Source of the DNA: a virus
Taxonomy: Duplodnaviria > Caudoviricetes
IMG/VR virus record: IMGVR_UViG_2974555739_000001
Coordinates: 1-64,000 of that record
Strand: one strand, 5' to 3'
DNA length: 64,000 nucleotides
The position numbers and the translations under genes are program-made. Positions 15,773 to 25,600 of this stretch are shown piece after piece. Each line of letters opens with the position of its first letter. Within the stretch, counting starts at the first letter, position 1. The notes under the pieces are model-generated. The model saw nothing but the letters and a program-made list of their open reading frames with translations. It did not search any database and was not told the DNA's origin.

Positions 15773-16792
15773 TTGAAAGTGTTTCGTAATAGAGTTAATA
15801 AGTTTGAATTGGCAAATAACAAAGAGCACATTGACATTAAATACATTTTAGCAAGTTCTGTACCAAACTTCAACGGTGCTTTGTTCACTGAAGATGAATT
15901 AGCAACTGCTGAAAAAACAATCGTCAATGAACCGCTTATTATCGTTCCTTCCTTCATCAATTTACCTACTGGACATTCCGTAACAGACTTTCCTAAGTTG
16001 GGTGATGATGCAAAAATCATCGGTACACACATCGCTTCTGAACTTCAGAAAGACGGTGATGTAACTCACTTGGTAGCTACTGCTAGGGTTTGGAAAATCC
16101 GTCATCCTGAAATTGCTCAAGAAATGGAGCAGCTTCACAACGATGGTGAATTATCGTTCAGCATGGAATGTCATTATAACCATTCTGAAGTTGCTGAAGG
16201 TGGAGTTAGAGCATTAAAAGGAGTTAAGTTTATTGGAAGTGCCGTGGTTGATGATCCAGCAAATCCGTTTTCTTTCTCTTTAGAAGTTGCAAGCAAAAAG
16301 AATTTAGGAGGTATTGGCATGACTTTAGAAGAAGCCCTACAAAAAATTGGTCAAATGGAAGCAGCTGCTAAAACTCAAGCTGAAGAATTAAAGAAAGCTG
16401 TAGCTGATGTTGAATTAGCTCAAAAAACAAATAAGGAATTAGAAAGCGCTAAGAAAACTCTTTCTGAAACTTTAGAAACTGCTAATAAAAATCTTGAAGC
16501 TGCTACTGAACAAGTAAAAGCATTTGAGACTGAAAAAGCAGAAAAAGAAAAAGCTGAATTAGCTGAAAAACGTTTTGCTGAAATGGCTCAATTCGTTAAA
16601 TTCGAAGAAGCTGAAATTGCTGCTAAAAAAGAAGGTTTCGCTGGTATGTCTGAAGATGTTTATGCTTTAGTTTTAGATACTGCTAAACGTTCTCAACCAG
16701 CTCAAGGTTCTGAATTTGCTGGTGTAACATCAGACACTAAAATTGATCTGTCAGGTTCTAAAGGTTTCCTTGACGGAATCGAAAACGACTAA
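15773..16792 (+). CDS. Prohead protease fused to scaffold
   Basis: N-domain with GH...SME...VVDDPAN (HK97-like protease pattern); C-terminal Ala/Glu/Lys coiled coil. Confidence 0.8.
   Translation: MKVFRNRVNKFELANNKEHIDIKYILASSVPNFNGALFTEDELATAEKTIVNEPLIIVPSFINLPTGHSVTDFPKLGDDAKIIGTHIASELQKDGDVTHLVATARVWKIRHPEIAQEMEQLHNDGELSFSMECHYNHSEVAEGGVRALKGVKFIGSAVVDDPANPFSFSLEVASKKNLGGIGMTLEEALQKIGQMEAAAKTQAEELKKAVADVELAQKTNKELESAKKTLSETLETANKNLEAATEQVKAFETEKAEKEKAELAEKRFAEMAQFVKFEEAEIAAKKEGFAGMSEDVYALVLDTAKRSQPAQGSEFAGVTSDTKIDLSGSKGFLDGIEND
16319..16792 (+). CDS. Nested in-frame scaffold protein (157 aa)
   Basis: AGGAGG at 16306-16311, then in-frame ATG 16319 (MTLEEALQK). Confidence 0.6.
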   Translation: MTLEEALQKIGQMEAAAKTQAEELKKAVADVELAQKTNKELESAKKTLSETLETANKNLEAATEQVKAFETEKAEKEKAELAEKRFAEMAQFVKFEEAEIAAKKEGFAGMSEDVYALVLDTAKRSQPAQGSEFAGVTSDTKIDLSGSKGFLDGIEND

Positions 16793-16810
16793 TCAGGAGG
16801 TTAAAAAATT

Positions 16811-17224
16811 ATGGCTACAAATAAAGTTTCTTTTTACTACCGTAAAGATTTAAACGTAACTAAACACGGTGAATATAAAGCCGCTGCTGATATGCCATTC
16901 GGTACAGCTGTCAAACGTAATGACGTAACAATGGAAGCTGAAGTTGCTGCTAATAGTGCTGAATTTGAAGGTGTTGCTGATAAAGTAATCTTCAATGTAC
17001 AAGGTGCTGACGATCTTACTATTAAAAAAGGCGAACGTCACCGTGTAGGTGTTGGTAAAGATTATGAAATCGTTTTAATGAAAGATAAACTTGGATCAAC
17101 TGTTGCTGTCGGTGATGCTATCGAAGTAAAAGCTGGTAAATTCCAAAAGAAAACAACTGATACTGCTGTAGGTAAAGTAGTAGCTATTTTCCCAAATGGC
17201 GAAACTGTACTTCGCATTAACTAA
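16811..17224 (+). CDS. Capsid decoration/cement protein
   Basis: 137-aa beta-rich protein between scaffold and MCP. Confidence 0.6.
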   Translation: MATNKVSFYYRKDLNVTKHGEYKAAADMPFGTAVKRNDVTMEAEVAANSAEFEGVADKVIFNVQGADDLTIKKGERHRVGVGKDYEIVLMKDKLGSTVAVGDAIEVKAGKFQKKTTDTAVGKVVAIFPNGETVLRIN

Positions 17225-17241
17225 TAGGAGGTTAACAAGAT

Positions 17242-18180
17242 ATGCCATCATATACTAAAGCTCAACGCGATAAATTTATTGAACAAGTTCGTAAATACGC
17301 TAATGCAACACGTTTAGATGAAGCTGGTAAAAAGCTCGAAAAGCGTATTGCTGCAATGGCTAAAACACCTCAAGGTATGAATGAGTTAGCTCAACTTATC
17401 ACTGAAAACCTTGAAGAAGAAATGCAAGCATATGATTTACGTCCTTTACTATTCGACACAAAACCACGTAAACTTTTAGAAGTGGTTGAATACAAACGTA
17501 AAGGTAAATTCCGTGCTTACCGTACAACTCGTGGCGGTTACGTTCCTAAGTCTCAAGTATTCCAGGACGTTGTAAAAGCGCAACCTGAAGAGTTTTCAGT
17601 TCGTCCAGCTTGTCACTTACTTCAATTAGAAACAGGCCGTATTTCAGCTGTTAACGATCTTATCACTGGTGCTCAAGAAGCATTACTTACTGAATATGCT
17701 CGTTATTTCTACGCTACACTTGAAGCTGTAAATGCTGGTGATTCTACTGGAAAGCTTAAAGCTCAAGTAACAGGTGAAGTTGATAAAACAACTTTAGATA
17801 AAATGTTACATGCTGCTTCTGCAAAAGGTGGACAAGTATCTATCGTAGGTACTCACACTTCATTAGCTCCAATTCTTGATTTCGAAGGATTCACTGATAC
17901 TCAAAAAGATGAAATCATGCGTACAGGTAACTTAGGTGTTTATCGTGGTGCTCGTCTAGTTAAACTAGAAGAATTCCTTGATGCTGATGATTTAGAAGTA
18001 ATCAAACACGATACTATCTTTATCGTTACTCGTAAAGCTGGATATGTTGATGATTTCGGTGCTATTCGTTCTCGTGAAATCATTGATCCTGAACATGACG
18101 AATTCTCAATCTTAATGCGTAAAGAGTGGGGCTTCACTGTATTATATCCTGAATATGTTCGAATGATTAAGATTGTCTAA
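17242..18180 (+). CDS. Major capsid protein
   Basis: Position; strong RBS; strongly biased codons; 312 aa; followed by terminator-like hairpin. Confidence 0.85.
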   Translation: MPSYTKAQRDKFIEQVRKYANATRLDEAGKKLEKRIAAMAKTPQGMNELAQLITENLEEEMQAYDLRPLLFDTKPRKLLEVVEYKRKGKFRAYRTTRGGYVPKSQVFQDVVKAQPEEFSVRPACHLLQLETGRISAVNDLITGAQEALLTEYARYFYATLEAVNAGDSTGKLKAQVTGEVDKTTLDKMLHAASAKGGQVSIVGTHTSLAPILDFEGFTDTQKDEIMRTGNLGVYRGARLVKLEEFLDADDLEVIKHDTIFIVTRKAGYVDDFGAIRSREIIDPEHDEFSILMRKEWGFTVLYPEYVRMIKIV

Positions 18181-18190
18181 TAAAATAATT

Positions 18191-18217
18191 GGAGGGGTTT
18201 ATCCCCTTCTTATCTTT
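18191..18217 (+). terminator. Terminator/attenuator after MCP
   Basis: GGAGGGG-TTTA-TCCCCTTC followed by TTATCTTT. Confidence 0.6.
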
Positions 18218-18233
18218 AAAGGAGTGGAATGGA

Positions 18234-18626
18234 ATGGCTGAAAACAAAGAAATCGTTTTAATCAATAATTCTGGTCAACTTTTTACAATTAACTTTATGG
18301 GTGCTTTCCCTATTAACAAGTGGGCTAATCCAGGTGGTAAATATTATTTATCTGAAAAAGAATATGATTTCGTTAAAGCGAATTACTCTCATATTCTAGG
18401 TAAGCAGCTTGTACACGAAGGTGAAGAAGGCGAAACCTATAACCAAATTGATGAAGTTTCTGCTGATGCATTTTTCACTATGCACCATACGAAACAAAAA
18501 GCAGCGATTAAAGAAATGTCTGATGAAAAACTTCAGGAACTACTTGGTTACGCTGACTTAAATGAAATCAATAAGAAAATTGTGAAAGAGATTGAAGAAC
18601 AGTATCTACAGAACGAAGGTGAATGA
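18234..18626 (+). CDS. Hypothetical head-associated protein
   Basis: ORF track 18189..18626; ATG 18234 after AAAGGAG. Confidence 0.6.
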   Translation: MAENKEIVLINNSGQLFTINFMGAFPINKWANPGGKYYLSEKEYDFVKANYSHILGKQLVHEGEEGETYNQIDEVSADAFFTMHHTKQKAAIKEMSDEKLQELLGYADLNEINKKIVKEIEEQYLQNEGE

Positions 18627-18982
18627 CAATGATCGACTTCGAGACGTTGATCCCTAAACTTCGTACACGAATTGATGATTTAGATACCGCTGATTTTGAA
18701 TACAATGATGGAGAACTAACCGATCATCTGCAAAATTCACTTGATAAATATAATATGCAATTGCCATTGGATAAACCTTCAGATGGTCAATTAATCATCG
18801 TTGAGACAATGATTGCAATTGTGACTGCTTTAAAAATGTGGGCTGATGGAGAAAGTTATTCTTACAAAAATGATGCTGTTCAAATGACACGCGGATTGAT
18901 GTCTAAACATTACCTGGATACACTGAAACAACTTCGTATCGAAAGAAACGATATCTTGGAAGGGAATGGAGGGGTTTACTAA
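18623..18982 (+). CDS. Head-tail adaptor (gp15/gp6-like)
   Basis: LRxxIDD...Y.D.EL helical pattern; position after MCP. Confidence 0.6.
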   Translation: MTMIDFETLIPKLRTRIDDLDTADFEYNDGELTDHLQNSLDKYNMQLPLDKPSDGQLIIVETMIAIVTALKMWADGESYSYKNDAVQMTRGLMSKHYLDTLKQLRIERNDILEGNGGVY

Positions 18983-19152
18983 TGCGTAAAGACGAAAAAG
19001 AAATCGTTAATGCATATTTATGGAAATCCCACGTTTTAATTTTAGATTTAGTTGACTTAGTTGAAGATGATAAACTTCGACAAAAGATTAAAACTAAGGT
19101 TTTAGATGTGGCCCATGAAACACAAGAATATTTAAAAAATGATGAAAAGTGA
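18982..19152 (+). CDS. Hypothetical protein (56 aa, MRKDEKEIVNAYLWK...), not in ORF track
   Basis: GGAGGGG RBS; TAATG overlap; TGA 19150-19152. Confidence 0.65.
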   Translation: MRKDEKEIVNAYLWKSHVLILDLVDLVEDDKLRQKIKTKVLDVAHETQEYLKNDEK

Positions 19153-19163
19153 GGTTTTAAATT

Positions 19164-19670
19164 ATGCCATTCACAGGTAAAGAAGAAATTTATAATGGTT
19201 ATAACCGAAAATTATATTTCACAGATGGTACGCCAAACGCGAAACCAACTGATACAAGTCCTACTTACACTTGGACAGAATTAGGTTATGATGACTCTTT
19301 TTCTTTCAATGAGAACGAAAACGAAGCTCAAAAATACAACAAGCGCGAAAAATCTCATAAGAAAAAAGGCCGTCAAGAATACACATTCGATATCTCTCAA
19401 CTTTACAGCGGTGTTGAATATTCTATCTTCATGTTCAAAGGTAAAACAGGAACATTGAAACAAGTAACTGAAAATGATGCTGGTGATATCGTAGAAGTTA
19501 ACTACTTCCACAATGCTGACATTAACTCTCCACAGTTTTCAGGTGGCGGCGATGATGGTGATGATTCTGTATCAGCTTCAGGTTCTTACTCTAAACGTTT
19601 CTTATACGACGGACAAGCAGCAGGTTCTACTTTACTGTTCGCTACTGATGGAAGTCACGAGACTCCCTAA
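19164..19670 (+). CDS. Major tail (tube) protein
   Basis: 168 aa, beta-rich, biased codons; followed by terminator. Confidence 0.7.
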   Translation: MPFTGKEEIYNGYNRKLYFTDGTPNAKPTDTSPTYTWTELGYDDSFSFNENENEAQKYNKREKSHKKKGRQEYTFDISQLYSGVEYSIFMFKGKTGTLKQVTENDAGDIVEVNYFHNADINSPQFSGGGDDGDDSVSASGSYSKRFLYDGQAAGSTLLFATDGSHETP

Positions 19671-19728
19671 TTCGGCCCTTGATTTGGGGGGCTTATCGTA
19701 TTAGATCGTTTAGGTACGATATAGTTGA

Positions 19729-19765
19729 AAAGAGCACATCTATTAAGTTAGGTGTGCTTTTATTT
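19729..19765 (+). terminator. Rho-independent terminator
   Basis: AAGAGCACATCT/AGGTGTGCTTTT stem plus TATTT. Confidence 0.7.
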
Positions 19766-19802
19766 GTATCGTGTGAGTTTTCGTCGGATAGGCCATTTGT
19801 AA

Positions 19803-19832
19803 GAGAAAAAACATTTCATTCAAGATATTAAT
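19803..19832 (+). promoter_or_regulatory. Putative phage late promoter
   Basis: GAGAAA-N16-ATATTAAT. Confidence 0.65.
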
Positions 19833-19864
19833 AACAATGTAACATTAATTAAGGAGGTTAAAGC

Positions 19865-20383
19865 ATGACTTCATATTTATATGATGATGGTAATGGTCTT
19901 CGCACATCTGCTCGTGTCGAACCAACAACAGGGAAACCAATTACAGACGTTTCTAACATGGTTAAAACTAAAAGTGGTTTATGGATACCACAAACAGGTA
20001 CAGAAGATGGTGCTGCAAACGTTCAAGTAGCAGGATCAGACATTATGATGCCAACACATTTACAACGTCAATTAACTCCACAAGATAAAGTAGCGACTGC
20101 TTTTTCTGTAGGTGCTGGATCGACTCAAACTGTATTTGTTGCTGATTTTGATGGTTTTGCTAATTTTGGCGTTATGTCTGTTCCTACCGCTTCTCACGAT
20201 TATAACCTTTCTGTTTTCTGTAGTCCTGATGGAAATACATTAGTTGAAAGAAATATGAAGAGTGGTACAGGGTGGGGCAAATCATTAACAGGTGCTTCAG
20301 TAGGAGCGTTCGTTATGATCCAAATTACCAACAATAGCGGTTCTGCTGCAAATTATGATATTTGGTTAAGAAAATTTAATTAA
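19865..20383 (+). CDS. Putative virion appendage protein
   Basis: Structural-module position; C-terminal beta-sandwich-like sequence. Confidence 0.45.
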   Translation: MTSYLYDDGNGLRTSARVEPTTGKPITDVSNMVKTKSGLWIPQTGTEDGAANVQVAGSDIMMPTHLQRQLTPQDKVATAFSVGAGSTQTVFVADFDGFANFGVMSVPTASHDYNLSVFCSPDGNTLVERNMKSGTGWGKSLTGASVGAFVMIQITNNSGSAANYDIWLRKFN

Positions 20384-20398
20384 TAAGGAGGTAAAAAG

Positions 20399-20830
20399 AT
20401 GACTACTTTTATTGAAGCGATGCCAAAAGAAATGAGCATGTTCGATGGTGAAATTTTCCCTTTAATTCCTGGTGGAGAAAATAACGGTATTTATTTGGAT
20501 GGTTACACTAGGGTAGAATGGTTCAAAAATGTATTCCCTGACATCGCTAATGCTGAATTACCATTAACACGAGAAATTTACGATCAATTAAAAGCTATCG
20601 GTGAAGTTTGGTTGATGAATGCAGCTCAATGGAGAAAGAATGATATTATTCAAGTTGAGGGTTTGACAGCTGAAGATAAATTGGATGATGAGGAAGTTTT
20701 GTTAGATATAATGAACCAACAACGAAACCCTAATCCTGAAGAAACTGAAGAACCTCCTGTAACTGAAGAAACGCCGCCAAATAACGAAGAACAACCAAAA
20801 GAAGAGGAAACACCAACTGAAGAGGTGTAA
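20399..20830 (+). CDS. Hypothetical protein with acidic Pro-rich tail (possible assembly chaperone)
   Basis: EETEEPPVTEETPP tail; AAGGAGG RBS. Confidence 0.5.
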   Translation: MTTFIEAMPKEMSMFDGEIFPLIPGGENNGIYLDGYTRVEWFKNVFPDIANAELPLTREIYDQLKAIGEVWLMNAAQWRKNDIIQVEGLTAEDKLDDEEVLLDIMNQQRNPNPEETEEPPVTEETPPNNEEQPKEEETPTEEV

Positions 20831-20859
20831 CAACCTCTTCCCTTTAAAGGAGGGTAAAC

Positions 20860-23508
20860 ATGAAGAAGATCGATAACTTGTTCGATATAAATGATGGAGA
20901 TTGGAATAATGGTTCAGCTGATGGGAATTGGAGTTACTTTGTGGATAGTGGAAGGATTAGGAAGAACAAGCGTGTTCCTGTTAAACCAAACACACAATAT
21001 ACATTAAAGTGTGCTCCTGGATACCAAATTTACATCAGACAATTCGCTAGTGAATCAGGTTTCGAAATTGGCGCTTCTACCTGGAGGGATAGTGGTTATA
21101 CTTTCAAAACTGAATCAACAACTACATTAGTCGGTGTTATTGTCAGAAGATCAAGTAACAGTTCTATTAACTTAGTTGAATTAAGTGCAGCTAATCCGAT
21201 AATGGTTGAAGGTGCTTTCGAGTCTTATTCTTTGAAAGAAACAAATAACTTCGCTGCAACTTTATTTCAAAAAAACCTTTTGATTATCGAACCTAGATTA
21301 TGGCCTAAAGGTGTTAGGCAACAAAATCAATCAATACAAGTTGGAGATTACCGTATTACATATGACGGTACTTTTCCAAAAGTAGAAGAAAACAAACTTT
21401 ATCGTTTGGAAATGAACGCTAATTATAAAGCTGGTGTTTTTGTTTTTGATAAGAATAATGTTTGTCTTTTGGATACAGGATGGAAATATGGTTCTTTTGA
21501 TTTCGCTATTCCTGCTGGTGGAGTAAAAATTGCTATAAATTTTGCTATGAGTAATGATGGTGCTATTGATCCGAACAGAATTCTCCAAAGTGGTTTAAGT
21601 GTTTTCAAAAAGACTCCTGAAAAAAACAAACCAGCTAAAATGTATAGAGGTAAAAATTTCTTGACATTCCCTGATGGTGAATGGACTAGAAGACCAGGAA
21701 CATTAAACACAACGTTCACTAAAAGTCGTTTAGAATGGGATAATTTCCAAGATTACGCCGGTGTACAAATCCTTTTAGAAGATGCTTTATTGCAAGGCAA
21801 AACTGTAACATTCGGTGGTAAGCGTCATCCTGATGCTACTATTATTTTATTTTATAAGAAACCTGATGGTACTAATGCTTACATCGGTCTTGGAACAGGG
21901 GAAATGGAAAGGACATTATTTATTCCTTATGGAGCTTCAGAATGTCGTTTTTACGTTCAAAATGCAAACGGAATAAGAACTAAGTTATGGGCTGAAGATT
22001 TGTACTTGAATATCGATTCTGACAAAATTTACACTCCTTCTAAAGCTCAAAACAAAACAGCTTTACTGTTTCCTAAGAAAAATTTAATTCCTGATTTTAA
22101 TGATCCAGGATGGTTCAATGATTCTTCTGTTGGTAGTGGCCCTTTGACTGTTGATCCGGAAAATCCTTATAAAGCTAAATTGAAAGTTAACCTTAGTGCT
22201 CAAGGTAAATTAATTTGGATACCTGTAGAACACGGAAAAACTTACACTTTCTCTTTTAAAAATATTACAGGTCTTTATCGAATCTACAAACGAAAAGTCA
22301 TTAACCATGATAATAATTTAGCTTTAGCTCAAAGTGCAAGTGTTGGCGCTCCTACAACATACTCTTTTACTGTTGATGCTGATTATCAAGGTTACATTTC
22401 TATCAGATTAACTCAATCCGTCGCTGGAGAATACACTTTTGAAAATTTGCAATTAGAAGAAGGTATTTCATCGACGAATTTCGAACCTTTAAAGTATGGC
22501 CCTAAAAAGCCTGTCAGACCTATCGCTAATATGATTGATTTCAAATCCTTAACACCTGGATATTTTGTTAGTGATGCTAACGGTTTAAATACAGGTTCGG
22601 GTGCTGGATTAGCCGCTACTGATTATATGGATTTTGTAGAAGGAAAGAAATATGTAGTTGAAAACATGCCTAATACTTTCCCACTCGTCTTGCGTTTTGC
22701 TTATTATGACAAAAACAAAACTTTCATAAGTGGAACGAGTCACTATAGCGGTGTAAACGCTCCAAAGACATTGACAGCACCAACAGGAGCGCGGTATATG
22801 AGAACCGCTGTTCATCCTTTAGATTACAGCACAGCGCGTATTTATTGCATAGAAGATAATACGAAAGACACTCTAGGACTTGTTAGAGCACCTTATCAAG
22901 ATATACCTATCGTCACTTCACGTAATGTTCCAGTAGCGAAAGATGGTAAGATATTCGCTATAAATCAACCTGTAATTGTAGATGGTGGGATTAGAGTTTC
23001 TGAAATAGGAAAAGAAAGTCACGTAACTAAACCTATAGGTGTTATAGATAATGTTTCAGGCTCTTTGGAATTCACTTACATTCCTGATAACGAACAATCC
23101 TATTACAAAACTAACACTGTAAATAGAACTTACTTTAGTACGAATACAGGTCAGAATTTCCGTGTGTGGAGTTGGGGTGGTGGAGCTAACCATATTATCA
23201 ACTTCGATTTCAGATCAGATGTTAGGGTTTTCTTTGATTTTGGAACTGATTTAACGAAGTTAGAAAAAGGTGTGCCAATAAAATTCAGGATTGAATGGAG
23301 TCCTACGCAATTCAAACTTTACGTCAATGATGCTTTGAGATTAACAAAAGATATAAGTACCGCTTCGAATGGAAACACCTTCAATGGGCAAGTGCTTACT
23401 TCTCCTTTGTATATCGGTACTAATATAACAGAAACGAATGCTATGACAGGTATTTATAAAAACATCACAATCAAAGACAGAAACGGAAATGTCACACTAA
23501 AATTTTAA
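20860..23508 (+). CDS. Multi-CBM receptor-binding/adhesion protein with C-terminal LamG-like domain
   Basis: About five repeats starting KNL(F/L/I) every ~130-150 aa; VKPNTQYTL and VEHGKTYTFS CBM-type motifs; LYVND...LYIG...GIYKNITI LamG-like end. Confidence 0.6.
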   Translation: MKKIDNLFDINDGDWNNGSADGNWSYFVDSGRIRKNKRVPVKPNTQYTLKCAPGYQIYIRQFASESGFEIGASTWRDSGYTFKTESTTTLVGVIVRRSSNSSINLVELSAANPIMVEGAFESYSLKETNNFAATLFQKNLLIIEPRLWPKGVRQQNQSIQVGDYRITYDGTFPKVEENKLYRLEMNANYKAGVFVFDKNNVCLLDTGWKYGSFDFAIPAGGVKIAINFAMSNDGAIDPNRILQSGLSVFKKTPEKNKPAKMYRGKNFLTFPDGEWTRRPGTLNTTFTKSRLEWDNFQDYAGVQILLEDALLQGKTVTFGGKRHPDATIILFYKKPDGTNAYIGLGTGEMERTLFIPYGASECRFYVQNANGIRTKLWAEDLYLNIDSDKIYTPSKAQNKTALLFPKKNLIPDFNDPGWFNDSSVGSGPLTVDPENPYKAKLKVNLSAQGKLIWIPVEHGKTYTFSFKNITGLYRIYKRKVINHDNNLALAQSASVGAPTTYSFTVDADYQGYISIRLTQSVAGEYTFENLQLEEGISSTNFEPLKYGPKKPVRPIANMIDFKSLTPGYFVSDANGLNTGSGAGLAATDYMDFVEGKKYVVENMPNTFPLVLRFAYYDKNKTFISGTSHYSGVNAPKTLTAPTGARYMRTAVHPLDYSTARIYCIEDNTKDTLGLVRAPYQDIPIVTSRNVPVAKDGKIFAINQPVIVDGGIRVSEIGKESHVTKPIGVIDNVSGSLEFTYIPDNEQSYYKTNTVNRTYFSTNTGQNFRVWSWGGGANHIINFDFRSDVRVFFDFGTDLTKLEKGVPIKFRIEWSPTQFKLYVNDALRLTKDISTASNGNTFNGQVLTSPLYIGTNITETNAMTGIYKNITIKDRNGNVTLKF

Positions 23509-23521
23509 ATGAGGTGTTAAA

Positions 23522-23704
23522 ATGGATATTATTGTATATTTAAACGATGGAACAAATTTTGAAGTGCGTATTGAGGACTATGATCCGATGGCAATTGCTG
23601 AACAATTGAATGATGCAACTAAATCTATGATCGTATTTGGTTATTATGTTGTTCAACGATATTCTGTTGTCAAAGTAATGCCAAAACCACCAGCAGCAGA
23701 ATAA
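23522..23704 (+). CDS. Hypothetical protein
   Basis: GAGGTG RBS. Confidence 0.6.
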   Translation: MDIIVYLNDGTNFEVRIEDYDPMAIAEQLNDATKSMIVFGYYVVQRYSVVKVMPKPPAAE

Positions 23705-23732
23705 GGAGGGGCTAATGCTCCTTCTTTTTTTT
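23703..23732 (+). terminator. Rho-independent terminator
   Basis: AAGGAGGGGC-TAAT-GCTCCTTC plus T-run. Confidence 0.75.
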
Positions 23733-23735
23733 GTG

Positions 23736-23765
23736 GAGAAAAAACATGCGAAAAATGATATTTAT
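23736..23765 (+). promoter_or_regulatory. Putative phage late promoter
   Basis: GAGAAA-N16-ATATTTAT. Confidence 0.6.
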
Positions 23766-23797
23766 AACTATAGACAGGTCATAAAAGGAGGTACAAA

Positions 23798-25579
23798 ATG
23801 AGTGTAATTAAAAGTTATCAGATAAATCTTGATATATCAAAAGATATTAAGAACAATCACTTTTCATTTAATCAAAATGATACGAACACCGCGAAGATTA
23901 CAGTTAACTTGACTAACAATAAAATTCCAGTTTCACTCACCGGATCAACAGTACGTTTTGCGTTTTTAAAAGCTGATGGAAAAAGAGTTTATCAAAACGC
24001 GACGATTGTTAATCCAACAGGCGGTATCGTTGAAGTAATGTTAAACTCACAAGTTCTAGCCGTACCGAAAAGAGTCAAAGCAGAAGTAGAACTTTATTTC
24101 GATGGCACACAACAAAGCGCTGTAACAAGACCGTTTGAATTTACTGTTGAACGATCTATCTTGAGTACAGAAGCTATTCAAAGTTCTAGTGATTTCCCCA
24201 TTATACAAGAATTAAAAAATAAGTTAGAAAAGGTTAATGATGTCAATTTAGACACGTTGGTTAGTGTCGATTCTTTATCTAAACGAAACAAGAATATAAT
24301 TAGCTTAATGGAATATGAAAATCTTAAAGTGTCTGTATCAGGCGGTTATGATTGGAGTCCGGTATTCAATAAAGCTATCAATGAAGCGGCGAAAGTTTAC
24401 GGAATAGTAGTTGCTCCTTTAGGAAATTTTGATTTTTATAACCCTATATCATTTCCACCAACAACATCATTTTGCGGAGCGGGGGAAAGTCCGACAGGTA
24501 CAGTTTTGAATTACAAAGGAAATACAGGTGTTTGGGCCATTAAAACATCAGGTACACACCAAAGAAATAAACTAAGTGGTTTTAGACTTGAGTTAAATGG
24601 AAAGGCAAACGGTATTTTGTTAGGTGATTTTTACGCTAATTTACCAGATAATTCCATACCTCTTGACTTCGATTTGAACACGATTTCAGTATCAGGTATC
24701 GGTTCTTCTTATACAGGAATCACTACAGTCAATGCATCTCATTATACCTTCCATAAAGTTCGTACTGGATACGGAAATTCAACAGGTAGAGGTGTTTGGA
24801 TTACAGCAGACGGATACAATAGTGGAGTTGCTATTTTTACAGATTGTACTTTCGGAAGAGTTGATGCAACAGCGATAGGATTAGAAGTTAGTGGGACGGT
24901 CAATATGGATACATTCGAATTTAATGGAGGTTGTTATTACGGCGGTAAAACACCTATCAAATTAGGGAGCAACAACGGAAATTTTGTTCGTAACATCCGT
25001 CTATATGGTCATGCAGAAGCAAGAAATGTTGGACAGACAGTAAATGTAGTTGAACTTTGTAATGTTCTTGGTGGAGAAATGACTCTAACTTATTCGGGAT
25101 TCAGTGAACCGAACGTAAATGCTGTTTCTTTCAAAGGGAGTGTTGAACGTTTCAACATTTTAAGTGGAGAAGCTAACGCGATTAAAGGGACGATTTTTAA
25201 GGATGACGGAGCTACATTGATTGAAGATTGTTTGTTGCAACCACCTAGATTAACAAATGGTTCTGATTCAGCTGTTATTTTTTCTGCTGGTTTCAGTGAT
25301 AAAAATTTTAAATTTTCTACTAGAAGATTCATTACCGAAAACATTAACACGAAATACCTCTATAATATTGATGGTATTAACCGTATTAGTTGGGGAACTC
25401 AAAACCCAATGTTAGAAAGTACATTCCAGGGGAATAGGGGGGATTATAGACACAATACATTACCTACAGAATTAGGGGCGACTGGAAGTAAATATGTGGT
25501 AAATGGGTGGAAGTGTATTTCATCCGGAACAGGCACTAATGCAAAATGGGTAGAAGATAGAGGTTTAACAGGAAATTAA
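23798..25579 (+). CDS. BppU-domain tailspike with beta-helix (pectin-lyase-like) depolymerase
   Basis: N-terminal FNQNDTNTAKI...KADGK BppU pattern; DWSPVFNKAINEA helix cap then beta-helix repeats; GD..N..P..G...GW.C..GT..W C-terminus. Confidence 0.75.
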   Translation: MSVIKSYQINLDISKDIKNNHFSFNQNDTNTAKITVNLTNNKIPVSLTGSTVRFAFLKADGKRVYQNATIVNPTGGIVEVMLNSQVLAVPKRVKAEVELYFDGTQQSAVTRPFEFTVERSILSTEAIQSSSDFPIIQELKNKLEKVNDVNLDTLVSVDSLSKRNKNIISLMEYENLKVSVSGGYDWSPVFNKAINEAAKVYGIVVAPLGNFDFYNPISFPPTTSFCGAGESPTGTVLNYKGNTGVWAIKTSGTHQRNKLSGFRLELNGKANGILLGDFYANLPDNSIPLDFDLNTISVSGIGSSYTGITTVNASHYTFHKVRTGYGNSTGRGVWITADGYNSGVAIFTDCTFGRVDATAIGLEVSGTVNMDTFEFNGGCYYGGKTPIKLGSNNGNFVRNIRLYGHAEARNVGQTVNVVELCNVLGGEMTLTYSGFSEPNVNAVSFKGSVERFNILSGEANAIKGTIFKDDGATLIEDCLLQPPRLTNGSDSAVIFSAGFSDKNFKFSTRRFITENINTKYLYNIDGINRISWGTQNPMLESTFQGNRGDYRHNTLPTELGATGSKYVVNGWKCISSGTGTNAKWVEDRGLTGN

Positions 25580-25600
25580 AAAAAGAAGGGTTGGATAGGT

